Assembly: GCA_963920595.1 (NCBI GenBank)
Contig: OY986948.1
Span: 4,836,001 to 4,900,000, forward strand
From: Eimeria praecox
Lineage: Eukaryota
Length of the DNA stretch: 64,000 nucleotides
Reading direction: 5' to 3'
Shown: positions 47,701-60,289 of the stretch, piece after piece
How the letters are laid out: each line of letters begins with the position of its first letter
How positions within the stretch are numbered: the stretch's first letter is position 1
The notes under the pieces: generated by a model
Seen by the model: the letters and a program-made list of their open reading frames with translations, nothing else
What the model was told of the DNA's origin: nothing
Database searches by the model: none
Position numbers and translations under genes: made by a program

Positions 47701-50700
47701 TATGCTGCGCAGTGCTCACCTTTCCTGTCCATCTCCCCCATGAAAAATGTTGAGCTGTAGCTGTGTGTGCTGTGCTGTTTTGTGTTTTGGTGTGTTGCAC
47801 AGGTGATCGAAGCGCCTATCAATGGCGGAGATCCTTGCGAGTTGCTAGAGGAATTTGAGCCCTGCGCAGAGTTTAGCTGCTTTGGATCGGATTGCAAAGT
47901 CTCTGAGTGGAGCGAATGGGGTGCCTGCAGCAAGGAGTGCGGGGGCGGGGTCCATACTCGAGAGCGCCACGTGTTGCTGCCTCGGACGGGGAACGGAGCA
48001 GACTGCCCGGAGCTCCAGCAGCGCCGCGGCTGTGGCCTACACCGCTGTCCCGGCGTCCCCTGTGAGGACAGCCCAGACGTGCCTTTGCTGACGGGGGTGG
48101 AATGCAAGGTGCTGCTGGCGATGGGCTGCCACCGGCGTCTGCAGGAGTTGGCGGAGGAGAATAACCAACCCTTCCCCGAGGACTTGCCTCCCGAAGTCCG
48201 CGTCAGCGACGCCTGCCCCAAGACCTGCGGGGTTTGCGCAGAGTGTGCACCGGGATGCCAGCTGAGAGACCTTGGAAACAGGCACTGCGACGAACCCTGT
48301 AACAACGAGGCCTGCCAAATGGACTTGGGAGACTGCGGGGGGGACTGCGCTCTCGGCCGCTTGCCCCCAGGCCTGCGACTGGAGCCTGCAACCTCTATGA
48401 TGACTGAAGGCCAAACCCTCATAGCGAGCTGCGCAGACCCTGACATGCGCTTGTCTCCCTTCTCATCCATGAGGCAGCTTGCGATCACCTGCGTGGGCAA
48501 AGGCGAATTCGCTCTTGAACCTCCGGATATCCCTCTCAAAAAGGACGAGGAAGAAGCCTTGCTGCTTCCTCCTTGCGCCACAGATCCCTGTCCCTTCATT
48601 TCTGTCAGCGGATTCACTGGGGAGGCGAGTGTCTTCAACGGCATCTTCCTGAGAGGAGACCCTCACGGAAGCATGCCCAGGTTCCTGCAAGATACTCTGA
48701 GCCCACCTGCTCACTATCTGTGGGCACAGGAGACCTCCCCAAAAGGAGGCAGACAAAACAGACGGCTCATATGGCGCATCACCCAAGCAGACCCCAACAC
48801 TGCTGCCCAAAACTCAGGACTCACTGCAGCAGCAACGGGAGGGGACTGTGTGGCGGAGGCAGCAGGAGGCGATGCGGCTGTTGGTTGCGCAGAGAGCTGG
48901 GAAGTGGGCGTTGCCGGAACAGAAGGCAGCAGCAAACCCCAGCGAGCCACCTTTAAATGCATTGACGAGGAGACTCGTACAAAGCTGGAGGCGCAACAGC
49001 TAGGACCGGAGGGTTATGAAGAGGAACAAGCAGTGCCGCAGGGTCCCCCAGTGACTATTGTTGCTGGGGTGGAGATGGTCTGTGAGGACCAACACGAAGT
49101 GCAGGAAAAGTCTGGCAAATCTTGTGAGGCTCTGAAGAAGATGCTCAAGTGTGACTTCTTGCTTGCAGATGCGGGGGTGGATCTTCCCTCCTTTCTGCCG
49201 CCGGATGCCACGCTCGCTCTCGCCTGTCCGCAGACTTGTGGCCTCTGCAAGCAGTGCGCCAGAGGCTGTCCCTTGTGGTTCCTGGGAAACAGACACTGCG
49301 ACCAAGCTTGCAACGTCGCCGCCTGTCAGTACGACAAAGGAGACTGTGGGAGCACTGGCCAGGCAGCCGCAACTCCACAGCAAGAAACAGAGGATGCCAA
49401 TGAAGGCGACGAGGAGGAGTTCGTCCCTCTAGGCCCTCATGAACCCCAGAAGCAGCAGCAGGAACAGCAGGAAGAAGAGGAAGAAGATGAAGAAGACGAC
49501 CCTGCGATAGCCTGCGAAGATGACCCCCAAGTGAAGGCTATGGGATTCACTTGCAAGGTCCTCTACGCAGTTGCTGAAGGGACGCCTGAAGGCTGCAACA
49601 GTCGCTTGCAGGATCTGCGCCCCGACGAGGCCCTGCCACCTGGAGTACCTCCCATCACAAGAGTTAAGGACGCCTGCCCCAGGACGTGCAGAGCCTGCAA
49701 CGGTACGCAAGTTTGAATCAGCAGTGAAATACGGGCATGGAGTCAGTAAAAACGGCAGTATGGTAAAACACCCATACTTTATATTAGAATGAGACAATTC
49801 GGTTTGAGAAAGCAGCAGAACAGCACCATTGCAATGCGCCAACAGTGAAGAGACAATTAGGCATACCGCCCCCTTTTGAGTGCTTCCTTAAGCTGCGTTT
49901 TGCGCCTGTGGGGTATCCGCATAGATCCTGATAGACTGCGGCGGCCTGGATCTCGGGCGACAGATTCGGAGTCTTGCCAAGACGATCCTCTAGTGACGGA
50001 GATGGGTTACAGCTGTAAGCTTTTGCTAGCTGTTGCTGAAGAGGAAGGGGAAGGCTGCGAGGCCAGGCTAATAGACCTCAAGCCTGACCAAACGCTACCA
50101 CCAGGGATCCCCCACCAAACAAGGGTTAAAGATGCTTGTCCTAAAACGTGTAATGCATGTGACGGTAAGCCGCGCCATACGTTGTGGGGCAAAGCTCATC
50201 TCCGTCCCCCAGCTGTTCCATAAGAGTTCTTGCGTTTTAAAACGGCTCTCTGTCTGCTCAGCAGCTGCTCGCTACAGTCCTTCTGCCCGATGGGGCAAGT
50301 GTAGATCCGGCCTGTCACTGCGTTGAGGCCCTGTCTCGGCTTGAGACTGGCCTTACAGATCCCTGGCTGTGCACGTGAAACTGTGCTTATCAAGGACATG
50401 CAGTGAAGAGGCGAGCCTTTGGCATCGTCAGAGGCTGTTCCTCTTTGTCCTCCGGTGTAAGCCTGACACGGAAAGTTCCTCGTTTATGTGTACCGGTGTC
50501 CGCAGATCCCACAAGGCTGCAGCGGCCGTCTAACCCTCCTGGAGCTGCTTGCACGGACTTTGAGTTTGTGGGGGAGGCTGGTTCTTCATGTAAGCTGCTG
50601 CTAACCCTTGCTCAGTCTCAGGGCCTTGGGGGGTGCTCAGCACCCCTTTCTGCATTGTTAGAGGAGAAGCACTGGCCTCAGGGGACCCCATCCAACATTA

Positions 50701-53700
50701 CACTTGGCGACGCCTGTCCGCACACGTGCGACTACTGTGAAGGTGAGAGTGGCAAGGAATCACAACGTCTATCGACGCCAGCCACAACTACACATTAGCG
50801 TCTTGGCACCTGCCGAGACGGCAACAGCCAGCCATCCAAGACACTCTGAAGGACTGGCAGCGCATTGCTTTGTGCGCATACAGCAGAAAGGTTAAGGCAA
50901 ATCACTGGGCTATGCAGGAGTGCTGGGTGTTGCAGCACTTGCAGCTCGTTAAATCTCTTTATCCTCTAGTTGCTGAAACTACCCACTCCCTTGTCTTCCT
51001 GCTTTTTCCATGTGCTTGTCCTGCAGAGTCAGTGCTGATGCGCCTGCGCCCGCCAGTAGAGGAGGAACCAAGCTGCCTCGGAGGCTGCTGCGACAACAAA
51101 ATGGTGGAACAAGAAACAGGTGGGCGGGCTACCGCCAGCATACGATCGTCCAGCAACAGTCCGCTTTCCCCCACACCTCTACATCTGAAAGCCACGCATG
51201 GGCATGCATCTGCTTTGCACTCCCTTTTCTCCCACAGGATACACTTGCCGGCAGATTAAGGACTTTTTGAACGGTGACTGCTCTGTCGAGCTGGAATCAC
51301 TCTCCAGCACGCCGCTGCCGCCCGAAGTCCCCAAGGGTGCAACCCTCCGCGATGCCTGTCCGTACACCTGCGGAGCTTGCCCGGCTCAGCAATGCGTAGA
51401 CAATCCAATGGTCCAGCAAATGGGGTACTCCTGCGATATGCTGATTGCAGCAGCAGAGGGCAGAGGAGGCTGCGAGGCCCTTCTGTCCTCACTTAGCGGG
51501 GAACCGCTGCCTGCCGGAGTCCCTTCCACCACCCGAGTGCGTGATGCATGTCTCAAGTCCTGCAATGCGTGCCCCCCCCTCTTTGCTGGTGCCGGAGGGC
51601 CGGAAGCAGCAGCTGCTACAAGCGGCATAGCGGCAGCTCCAGACTGCTTCGACGATGGGCGTCTCCCTCAACTGGGGTATTCTTGCGCAATGCTTCTTGA
51701 TTTTGCAAGTAAGGGATGCGAAACAACTCTGGGGGAGCTGTTGCCCCAGTCCCTGTCTCTGCCCCGCCATCTGCATCGCCACGACATGATCAAGGACTTC
51801 TGCCCTAAGACATGCGGGCTCTGCGGGAGCTCGTTTGCGGGGGGAGGGACGGTAGATGCAGCGGGGCGGCGCCGAGGCTGCCGCAACAATCCGATGGTTG
51901 AGAGAGCGGGCCTTAGCTGCGCACTTCTCGTGAAGGCGTCCCCTCTTGGCTGCAACGCCAAGCTGGCAGACCTTAGTGACGACCCGCTTCCCCCCGGCGT
52001 TCCTCCTAGCGCCACTGTGCGGGATGCATGCATGCTTGACTGCGGGGGCTGCATAGATGTCCCCACATGCTTTGATGGCTTTCAGAATGGAGACGAGGAA
52101 GGCATTGATTGCGGGGGGCGCTGCAGGCCTTGTGCTCCTTGTGATCCTTCTCCCCTCAAGGCCCTTGGCGAAGGCGTCATTCAGGAGGGCAGGGGTACGG
52201 CCCATGGAGCGACTCGCAAACTTTCGTGTCGAGCTGAGTTTGTGCGTGTAGCCGGTAGAAACGGCGAAGAGGTCATTTGCCAAGATGGAACGTTCAGCAA
52301 GCCGAAGCTCCGCTGCGAACCCAGAACAGTCACTGTCCAGTATATCAAGGCGTACATACGAAATGCAGGGGTGAGAAGGCTGCATCTGGCCTTGGTTTGA
52401 GCACCATATTGTGCTATACCTGCACGCACAAGGAAAACATGAACCCCAGCACAACTCGCGATGCGATGAATCGTTCTTTGCTTGACACCTAGGATGCTGT
52501 CTCGCAGGAAGCTTTTCCTTATTTGCTCATGAGTGGGGAGACTGGTACCTTACTCTGCTGCTGCTGCTGTCTGCTGCAACTGTTACCTCTGGCTCAGGAC
52601 CTGCAGTATGGCGCTGTTCCGGCTTTGTTTGCTGCTCTCTCCTCAGCCCTGAAGGTTCAGCCGCCAGACGAGTTGCGGCTGCTAGCGGTTGGGCTCGACC
52701 GGAGGAACGACGGTTTGAGGGCCTCTGGGGCTTGTGAGGACGACCCTCGTGTGGCAGAAATGGGGTACAGCTGCGCTATGATGGAGGCGTTCTGTGATTC
52801 CAAGCTTCACGACCTGGCAGCCGCTCAAAAAAAGCAACTGCCAGATTGGCTGCCGAAGGAAGCGAAGGTCAAAGACGCTTGCAGGAAAACTTGCGGCGCT
52901 TGTGGTAGGTCCACTACTTGAAAGGGCTTCAAGCCTCCTAGCCAGCTCAACCAGTGAAGCTCTTGTTTTGCATTTCGCTGAGTTTTCAAGGGGATTGCCC
53001 ACTTGTTTATTTTTTCATCGAGCGATGTGTGTCTGAGCCCGTCGTAATCCGCGTTCCCTGAAGCGTTCCCCAACTCAGTTTGCAGCGAGCCTTTTTTGTT
53101 CCTACGGATTCCTCTTTCCGCTTCTGCAGATAACCGTCGGCGGCTCCAGGCTGTCTCGGGGTCTTCGTTATCGTCATTACCTTTGCTGCTCGACGCTGGG
53201 CTCCTCTGGACTAGGACAGCAGTGCCATTTTCAAGTTTGCTTACAGACGATCTTCCAGAGCGCTTTCTTTCGGCCTTGAAGCAACAGTTCGTACAGCGAG
53301 GAGTGACACTGATAGATCCCACCGACAAGTCCCTCGTCTCAGCTGCCATGGCCCTCACTTCGCGCCCCTTCGCTTTTGCCATAGAAAGCACCGAACAGCG
53401 GCGCCTACCCATAGCCCAGTGGGAGGGCGGCTTTGGGCCCTATTCGCCAGCGTCTCACTCCAAAGGCGTCTTTGCAGCTGCTGGGCTGCCTATACCTTCG
53501 TCACAGGTAGTAGATTTGCAGCACACCCTCGACAGGGACGGAAGAAGGCCAGGGCCTCCTTCTTATGCCTCTGTGGATTATTCATTTGGGGAGGCGGACC
53601 CTGTGCATCTGCCTCTTCCACCGGGAGTAAACGCCTTGCGCGGAGCTTGCTTTGACCCGCTGAGCTACAGATCTGACGCTAACAGCTGCTGCAGCCTCCA

Positions 53701-56700
53701 GGAAGAGCTCCAGGTAGGACGGGAAGGACACTCAGTCCCAGGCAGGCAGCGTAATACCCACCTTCACCCAGCTTCCATCTACAGAAGTTCCTTAAAATAG
53801 TACCGCGACCAAAGAAGGTCTCGTTTGGCGTTTCCTGCAGTAAAGTTGGTCTTGGGAGTGCCAGCTCCAGACCTGTCCGCTGTAGTAAGATGCCTGCCTG
53901 CAAATAGGAAGAAGTGGTAATGCAGTATACGCCCCTTCAATTGTGAATGAACGCAGGTTTTTGTTGATGGGCCTTGTGGAGCTTTGCTGTACGGTCGCCG
54001 GCTGACACAGGAGACAGTTGCAGCCTTCTGTGAAAAGCCCGTGGAGGGCCGGTATTGCTGGGCGTCCTTCCTCGCTCGTGTGGATGCTCACAAACGGCGG
54101 AATGGGGCCGCCTGCGGTCTCGTTCAAGTTGTCGAAGCCGTGTTAGAGGCATGGTGCTACAAAGACTCCACGCGAACCCCCCCTAGGTATTGCTTTGCCC
54201 AAGTGGAGGAGGCTCTTGAGGCTGCCGACCTTCGGTCCCTCGGCTCCAAGACATCAAGCCAGCTGGATGAGATATGTGGGGAAAAGAGCTGCTTCAGGAG
54301 CAATCTGAGGTATCTTGACAACATGACGTTACTCCAAACATCGTGGCAGCTCCTCCACGCACCCGCAGATGAAGGGAGGCAAGGAGACTTGGCTGCCGCT
54401 ACGCCAGATGCCTCCAAAACTTTTGGTAGGGCAGGTGCAGCTCGAAGGCTTCAAGGCGAAGGGGCACGAGAGGGTGGTGCCTTCACTCATGGATTTTATC
54501 ATCACACTAGGCGAGTTCTGGACGCTCGCGAGAGAGCGCAGCATCATATGCAGGCCGCAGTCTCAGCGGCAGCTATTTTTAGTGGCTTGCAAGAACAAAG
54601 TGAGGCAAGCATGAGGACCCCGCTTGCTAGAGGCTCAGACAGTCAGGGTATGGCCCCTAGAAGGCGCCTAGGTACCTTGTCCCGATTCCAAGGCCCTCTA
54701 ACAGAAACTCTAGAAGAAGGGCTAAACCTTGTGTGCACTAAAGTTGAGAACGACTACTGCCAGCAAACGCTTGTTCTTCTCGCACAAGAAAGCCCAATCC
54801 GAACTCCATCCCTGCTTTTGGAACCATGCGCTAGCCGTTGTTTCGTTCCGCTAACAGGGGCAGTTGGGGCAATAGTGGAGGCATACGGCGAGAGATATAG
54901 GGACCCGTGGCATTCTTTGCTAGGCTCCGTGATGAGGGCCTACGGAAGGTTCTACTGCGTCACGAACGAAAGGGGGGACTTCTGTGGGAGACATTTCTTT
55001 GACAGATACCGAGCAGCAAACCCACACAGAGTGGCTGCGCAGGGGCTGGAGCTGCCGCTTCCAGATTGTCAGTGTCCCCATTCTTTCCTCCAAGTAAGAC
55101 TTAGCCTCGCACTCCAAGGGAGAGCATAATGCCAGATAGCGGCTAGGTGTCTAACCATAAAACACTTCCCTTTTGTGCGCACAGGATGGGCAGTGCGACC
55201 CTGAGTGCTTCAACGAAGCCTGCGGATGGGACGGCAGGGACTGCCTGCCTTCATCAATGTTCGCTCAGCTTCACGCTGCTGTTTCTTCTCTCGTAGACCC
55301 CACGTGCAGCCTTTACCACCCGGACTTTGAGTGTGGCACCAAGTGCTTTAAGCAGTACGAGACAGCTAGGGGAGTAGGCGGAAGCGGGTGCTGCCTGGGG
55401 ATGGGCCTGGATATCCTAGGGGCCGTAGCAGCGGCTGAGGCAGCACATCCACTCGGCGAGATCCCTTGGAAGGTCCGGAGGACGGTAGCCTTCGCAGAGC
55501 AAATATGCGGGGCCGCAGCAGACAGGACATGCAGTCTTGGAGAACCAAGGCCGCTGCTGCATGTGGAGATGCTCGTCGTTGGGCTCAACTCCCAGGTCAC
55601 CTTGACAGACGCGGGGAAAGTTGACGAGATTTTCAGGGCCCTTGGCACAGCCCTCACAAGGAAGGTCGGGCTAGTAGAAAGGGATATTGCTCGGCATTTT
55701 GCTAGGGCAGACCCACGAGGCGTCACCTTGGAGTTTATCCTCGACGCTGGGCGGGACCACGCGTCCAGAGTTGCTCAGCTTCTACGGCAACCAGTCAGCG
55801 AAGCCCTTCTTGCGTCTGTATCCCTTAACGATAGCAATGCTTAGATTCTAAAAGCCAGTGAAGACCAATCGAGGAGGCAGTCCGGCCCATCAACCCTACT
55901 ACCTGCGCGCGTAGAGTGACTGATGCTGTCTCAACGCACCCACTAGATGTTGTGTGCTTGCGTGTGGATTGCTCAGAGTTTGATAAGAGACGTGGAAGCA
56001 GCAGCACTTCGACAGCTGGGCCTTGTATCTCTCGCAGCCTATCTGGATCCGGAAAATGGCCTATTAGGAGTGGAAGTCATCCCAGATTCACTGGAGGAGG
56101 AACAAATAACTTCGCCCGCTGCTGGGCTCGGCCCCTTGGCTCCAAAGAGAGGTGACGAAGGGCTTCACGAACTCCCCTTGCAGCTCCCCCCTGAACCCTG
56201 CACTGAGGCGTCATTTGCATCACTGAGCCCAAGATATACTGCTCTAGAGAGGCCAAAAGTGTCAGAGAAGGGCTACCCAGAGGCGGTGGTGGTTGCCTGC
56301 GGCCTGGGTTACATGCCAACTCGAAGCCACGGGGCAGATTCGGACCGTGCTATCTGCGACAATGGAAAATGGGTCCTCGAGGCCGGCCTCGACTGCCGCC
56401 GCACGTGCACGGACCAGCCTGACGCTTCCCTGTATCCAAAAGGAGCGTATGTCGTCTCTGGGTCAAGCTGGAGCCCACCAGGCCGACCGGCATCGCGCTC
56501 GTTGCAGGCAGCAGCAGAGCGCAGCCCTCCAGTGGTTAATTTCGGAACAGCGGCAGTCAGCAATGGCATGCACGGTGCCGCCCACGGCTCTGCTCTGTTT
56601 GTGCGGTGCGCTGACGGGTTTGCCGCTGGAAGGGGTCAGGAAGGCTCATGGCTGACATGTATTGAGGGTGAATGGAAGCTGCAGAGGCCTGCCTTTACCT

Positions 56701-57710
56701 GTCATCGGCTTTGTCCCGAGTTCGAGCAACTAGGAAGCGCCTACGTAGTTACAGGAGAGGGCCAGCACCAAGGCGACGAACGCGAAGTGTCGTGCAGCCG
56801 AGGGTACTATCCACAGAGGCGGACCCATCGCCTTGTTTGCTCTGAGGGAAGCTGGCCGGCTCTCCCCTTCAGATGTTCTCGAGCAATGACCCCTGATCTC
56901 CGAGAGGGGGTCGGGGGATTCCAAAAAATCCTGCAGCAAATGTTCAGCCGCGAAGGTATCCTCGGCTTTATTGCGTTTTCTATCCTCATCCTCGCCGCCA
57001 CACTCATCGTAATTCTCTGTTGGCTTTTCTGCTGCCGTGGCCGAGCCCATCGAAGGCAGCGGGAGAGGGCAGAGGCTCTGCAGGCCTTGAAGCTTGCAGG
57101 TGTGCCCATGAGCGAGTTAGCTGCAGTCGCAAGGGCCCGATTGCGCATGCCTACGGGGCCCTCCTGCGTTTCGTCTGTAGACGAGAGCAGCTTCAATTCG
57201 TCCCTTCGTTCTAATAGAAAACGGAGGAGCCGAAAAACCAGCAGAAGTGACAGCGGTGCAACCAACTGTCAAGAAATGGTTGACCTCAGCCGCCGCATAC
57301 CTGCCAGGCCACCGGGAGACGCTGTCGTGCCACCTCCAAGCGAGGCGCCTCCCACAGGGCGCAGCAGCCAGCGAGACCCAGATGAATCGACTCCTGTACC
57401 AGAGTGGCTTGCTGAGGAAAGTTTCTTGCCTGCACAAGCCGTACGAAGGGCTACAGATCCCAGGTGTTATTCGGCAGCTCCATCCACCTTGAGCAGCATG
57501 AGCAGTACTCCTGGATCGGCGATCCCCAGTATCAATTCATGCTACAAAAGATCAACCAATGACTCTCATCAAGCGGTCCCTTTGCCAGGAATAAACCAGG
57601 AGACCTCTTCAGAAGAAACTGATGCAGAGGTCGAGCTGATGCACAGTCGGGAGGAGGAAGCAGCAATTGCATCACTTCAGGAGGTAGCTGAGGCCAAAGA
57701 ACCCCAGTAG
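41755..57710 (+). CDS. Giant type I membrane adhesin-like protein (TSP1 x16, ShKT-like x11, Notch/LNR x4, sushi/CCP, TM), resembling the Cryptosporidium TRAP-C2/TSP2 architecture; 17 exons: 41755(or 42145)-43245, 43849-43996, 44249-44626, 44930-45318, 45686-46172, 46389-46553, 46711-47498, 47803-49702, 49925-50164, 50506-50742, 51027-51119, 51238-52370, 52598-52904, 53130-53713, 53957-55093, 55185-55793, 55977-57710
   Basis: Exons join in phase and rebuild split domains: DC-x-VSEWxxWxxCxxxCG-type TSP1 repeats; LNR CAPGCALWFLGNTLCDEVCNNAACQFDGGDC; sushi-like C...G.W repeats (52140-52320, 56200-56880); TM ILGFIAFSILILAATLIVILCWLFCC; stop at 57708-57710. The TRAP-C2 resemblance is from memory, not a search. 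Confidence 0.88.
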
Positions 57711-58682
57711 AGTGCTGTTATTCTCACCTAGGGGTTAACAAAAAGTCCAATTTCCTCCACACCATGAACTTCCACGACAAACTGAAGTGCTAATATGAGG
57801 GCAGCATGGCCTCTCGCTTTTGCCACTGTATGAGTAATCAGGCGGTCTTTGCTTAACCAGCCTTGTTCTGATGTCACCCATGCACATCTGCATCCACTGC
57901 TATTGCTAGGCAGCAGCAAATTAGGCCACGCCATATAGTAAATGGGAGGATTGGGCACTTCACTCCGAGCTCGTGCTGTTTTGGCATGCCTGCGTAGCCA
58001 GTGACCGGGACCGCGTGTGTTAAACGTACCTAGTTCACTGTTACAGCCATTAGTAAAACTGACAAGAGCAAAGGCAAAGTAGTCTTCCTAGCTGCCCAGT
58101 ATATTTATTGCTCGGTACACGTGAGAGCGCGTATTGGCTTCTTAACGCCGTGAGTTTACGGGAAGCGCTTCCTCTCTCCCAATTCCAACAGTCCAGCAGC
58201 GCTTTTGAAGTTGCGGTTGACTTCCTCGAAGCGACAACACAGGCTTCACCTAAAAGCTGCACAAATATGTAGCTCGACCATTTGTCGAGCGAGGGAAAGT
58301 AGCCGCATCCAGGCATTCCGAAACCCTAGCCAACCCTAAGAGACAACTATGTAAGAATTTTTTCATGTTGAGCAAATACATGGCCACAAAGACGCGCCGC
58401 TAGCTCTGCTGAAGCTGAGCTGAAGGCTCCAGTGTCTCCAAGCCACTGTGAATGGGTGAGCGCGAAGCATACAGGCGTGCCCGCCTAGGCATAAGGCTAC
58501 GCCAAGGCTGCTGCTAAAAAAGGCCAAACTGGGCTGCAGTGACTAAAACGTTTTGATGGCCAGCCCACGACTGCCGAGCGCCAGTGAGGGCGGTGGGAGC
58601 TGGGCTGGGGATGGCTGCTCCTTCACGCTACAAAGGAGGAAGCAAATAATCATCTCTCCAACGAATCGAAAACCCAGCTCGT

Positions 58683-59048
58683 CTAGGCTTTTGAATCCGC
58701 GGTCACCTTAAGAACAGATGGCTTGAAGTTAAATATGATCTGGTACCATCGGCTTCCCTCATGAGACTTTTCCTCCGGCACTGCAGTCACGCGGAGTAGG
58801 CGAGGGGCCTGGTTTGTCCTTAGGGTATACCAAGCCTGCCCTGTGCTTCCCGCATTCGCGGGGGAAGAGGCCTGTCCTGCCTCCAAAAATGCAGGAACCT
58901 CATCAGCACTTTTTCGGTCGCCTCCCAGAGTGGCCCTTTCAGTGGATTTCCCCTTTAGAGAGACACACAAAGCGGGATGACTGACGCTGCAAGCCATGAA
59001 CAGAAGCAGCGCCATACATACAAGGCGTCTTGTGGCCTGGAAGTTCAT
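58683..59048 (-). CDS. Small secreted hypothetical protein (single exon, or first exon of a spliced gene)
   Basis: ATG at 59048 gives MNFQATRRLVCMALLLFMACSVSHPALC (signal-peptide like), then VPAFLEAG. A possible donor AAG|gtgacc follows 58707. Confidence 0.5.
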   Translation of the reverse strand: MNFQATRRLVCMALLLFMACSVSHPALCVSLKGKSTERATLGGDRKSADEVPAFLEAGQASSPANAGSTGQAWYTLRTNQAPRLLRVTAVPEEKSHEGSRWYQIIFNFKPSVLKVTADSKA

Positions 59049-59188
59049 CCTGCCTCCTGCGGTGCCTACTGGTGGCCACAGAGGGGCAGCTGTTTCACGT
59101 GTGCCAGCGCTGCGCCCTCGTGGGTTAGGGAAGCCCATGATGAGCAGCCAAGGACACCGGCTGAGGGCGCTTGGGCCCCAATTGAGTC

Positions 59189-59304
59189 TTCTTCGACAAC
59201 GTAGGGACAAACACTCCAAAACGAGGGAGGCACTACTGCTTTTGGTTTCTTCGACAACGTGGGGACAAACACTCCAAAACGAGGGAGGCACTACTGCTTT
59301 TGGT
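59189..59304. repeat. 58-bp direct tandem duplication
   Basis: ttcttcgacaacgt(a/g)gggacaaacactccaaaacgagggaggcactactgcttttggt at 59189 and 59247, one mismatch. Confidence 0.95.
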
Positions 59305-60289
59305 TCCTTTGTGCTCCTTACTAGGCACTGTAAGTGTGGTGTTTTGCGGCGCTGTCCCTTTCTCGTTGCCGGCAAAATTCATCGAAATCGATAGTAGCAC
59401 TGACAAAGAGTGGAAATGTTTGCCTTCCCCGCTCACAAAAAACAAAACAAAAGCTCCAAAAATAGTGTCACTCTAGCCGAGTCTGCCTACCCGTAAGCAG
59501 CATAGACTGTGTAGCTCCAGCAAGCCACGCGCAGAAAAGCCCGTCCAAGCAGAGACCATTGGAGGTCCGTGGTCTACTTGGAAGATGCAAGGCAAGCATG
59601 AATTTTTCTTATAAGGCAGCTACAAGCAAGTTGAATACATAAGTATTACTGAGACAACCTGGGATTACAATACTGGGTGGACGCCAGAGTCTGAGCTCCA
59701 TTACACATGGACCCCCTTCGCACTCTTTGGATTGCGAGCCAAGTCAGGCATCTAGTTTCCTTACAACACTCTACGTTTCCTTCCAAATTGCTAGTATGGA
59801 TGCGCCTACACAAGAATCTGAAATATATATCCTGATCTGAGACAGGTCTCTGTCCCCCTCACTCTCCGATTCAGTCGGCTGTCCCTCACCCGCCACATGC
59901 CAATGGCGGTGTTAGCGCCAGGCATGCCCTGGCTGATCCTGCGAAATTATTCCCCCATTCTCCCCCCTAGCTTCCTATTTGAGAAACAAGGTGACCACAG
60001 GGTCTACATACAGTGATGACCATATTGGGGGGGGACGTTCGAGAACTTCTCGCAAAAGCAAGCCACTCAATATGGTCTGTCTGAGGGTGGAACATGAATC
60101 TGTTTGCAAGTAAATTAGCTACTGGGTTCCAAGAAAACGCTTAACAATTATGCATGGCTTGGATGCATGCGCTGAAAGGGTGTTTCGGTATGCTTGCGTG
60201 CTGGGCTGCCTTACAGTACAAAATGCAAGAAGGAAAGCTGATGTTCAAGGAAACTCCCTCCTCTCTATACCATCCACGGATTTGCATGC

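Noticed and set aside
43666..52454. Long minus-strand ORFs (324, 356 and 321 aa)
   Set aside because: Antisense shadows of GC-rich exons of the TSP1 gene.
59189..59304. CRISPR-like direct repeat
   Set aside because: Only two abutting copies, no spacers or cas genes, and the context is eukaryotic.
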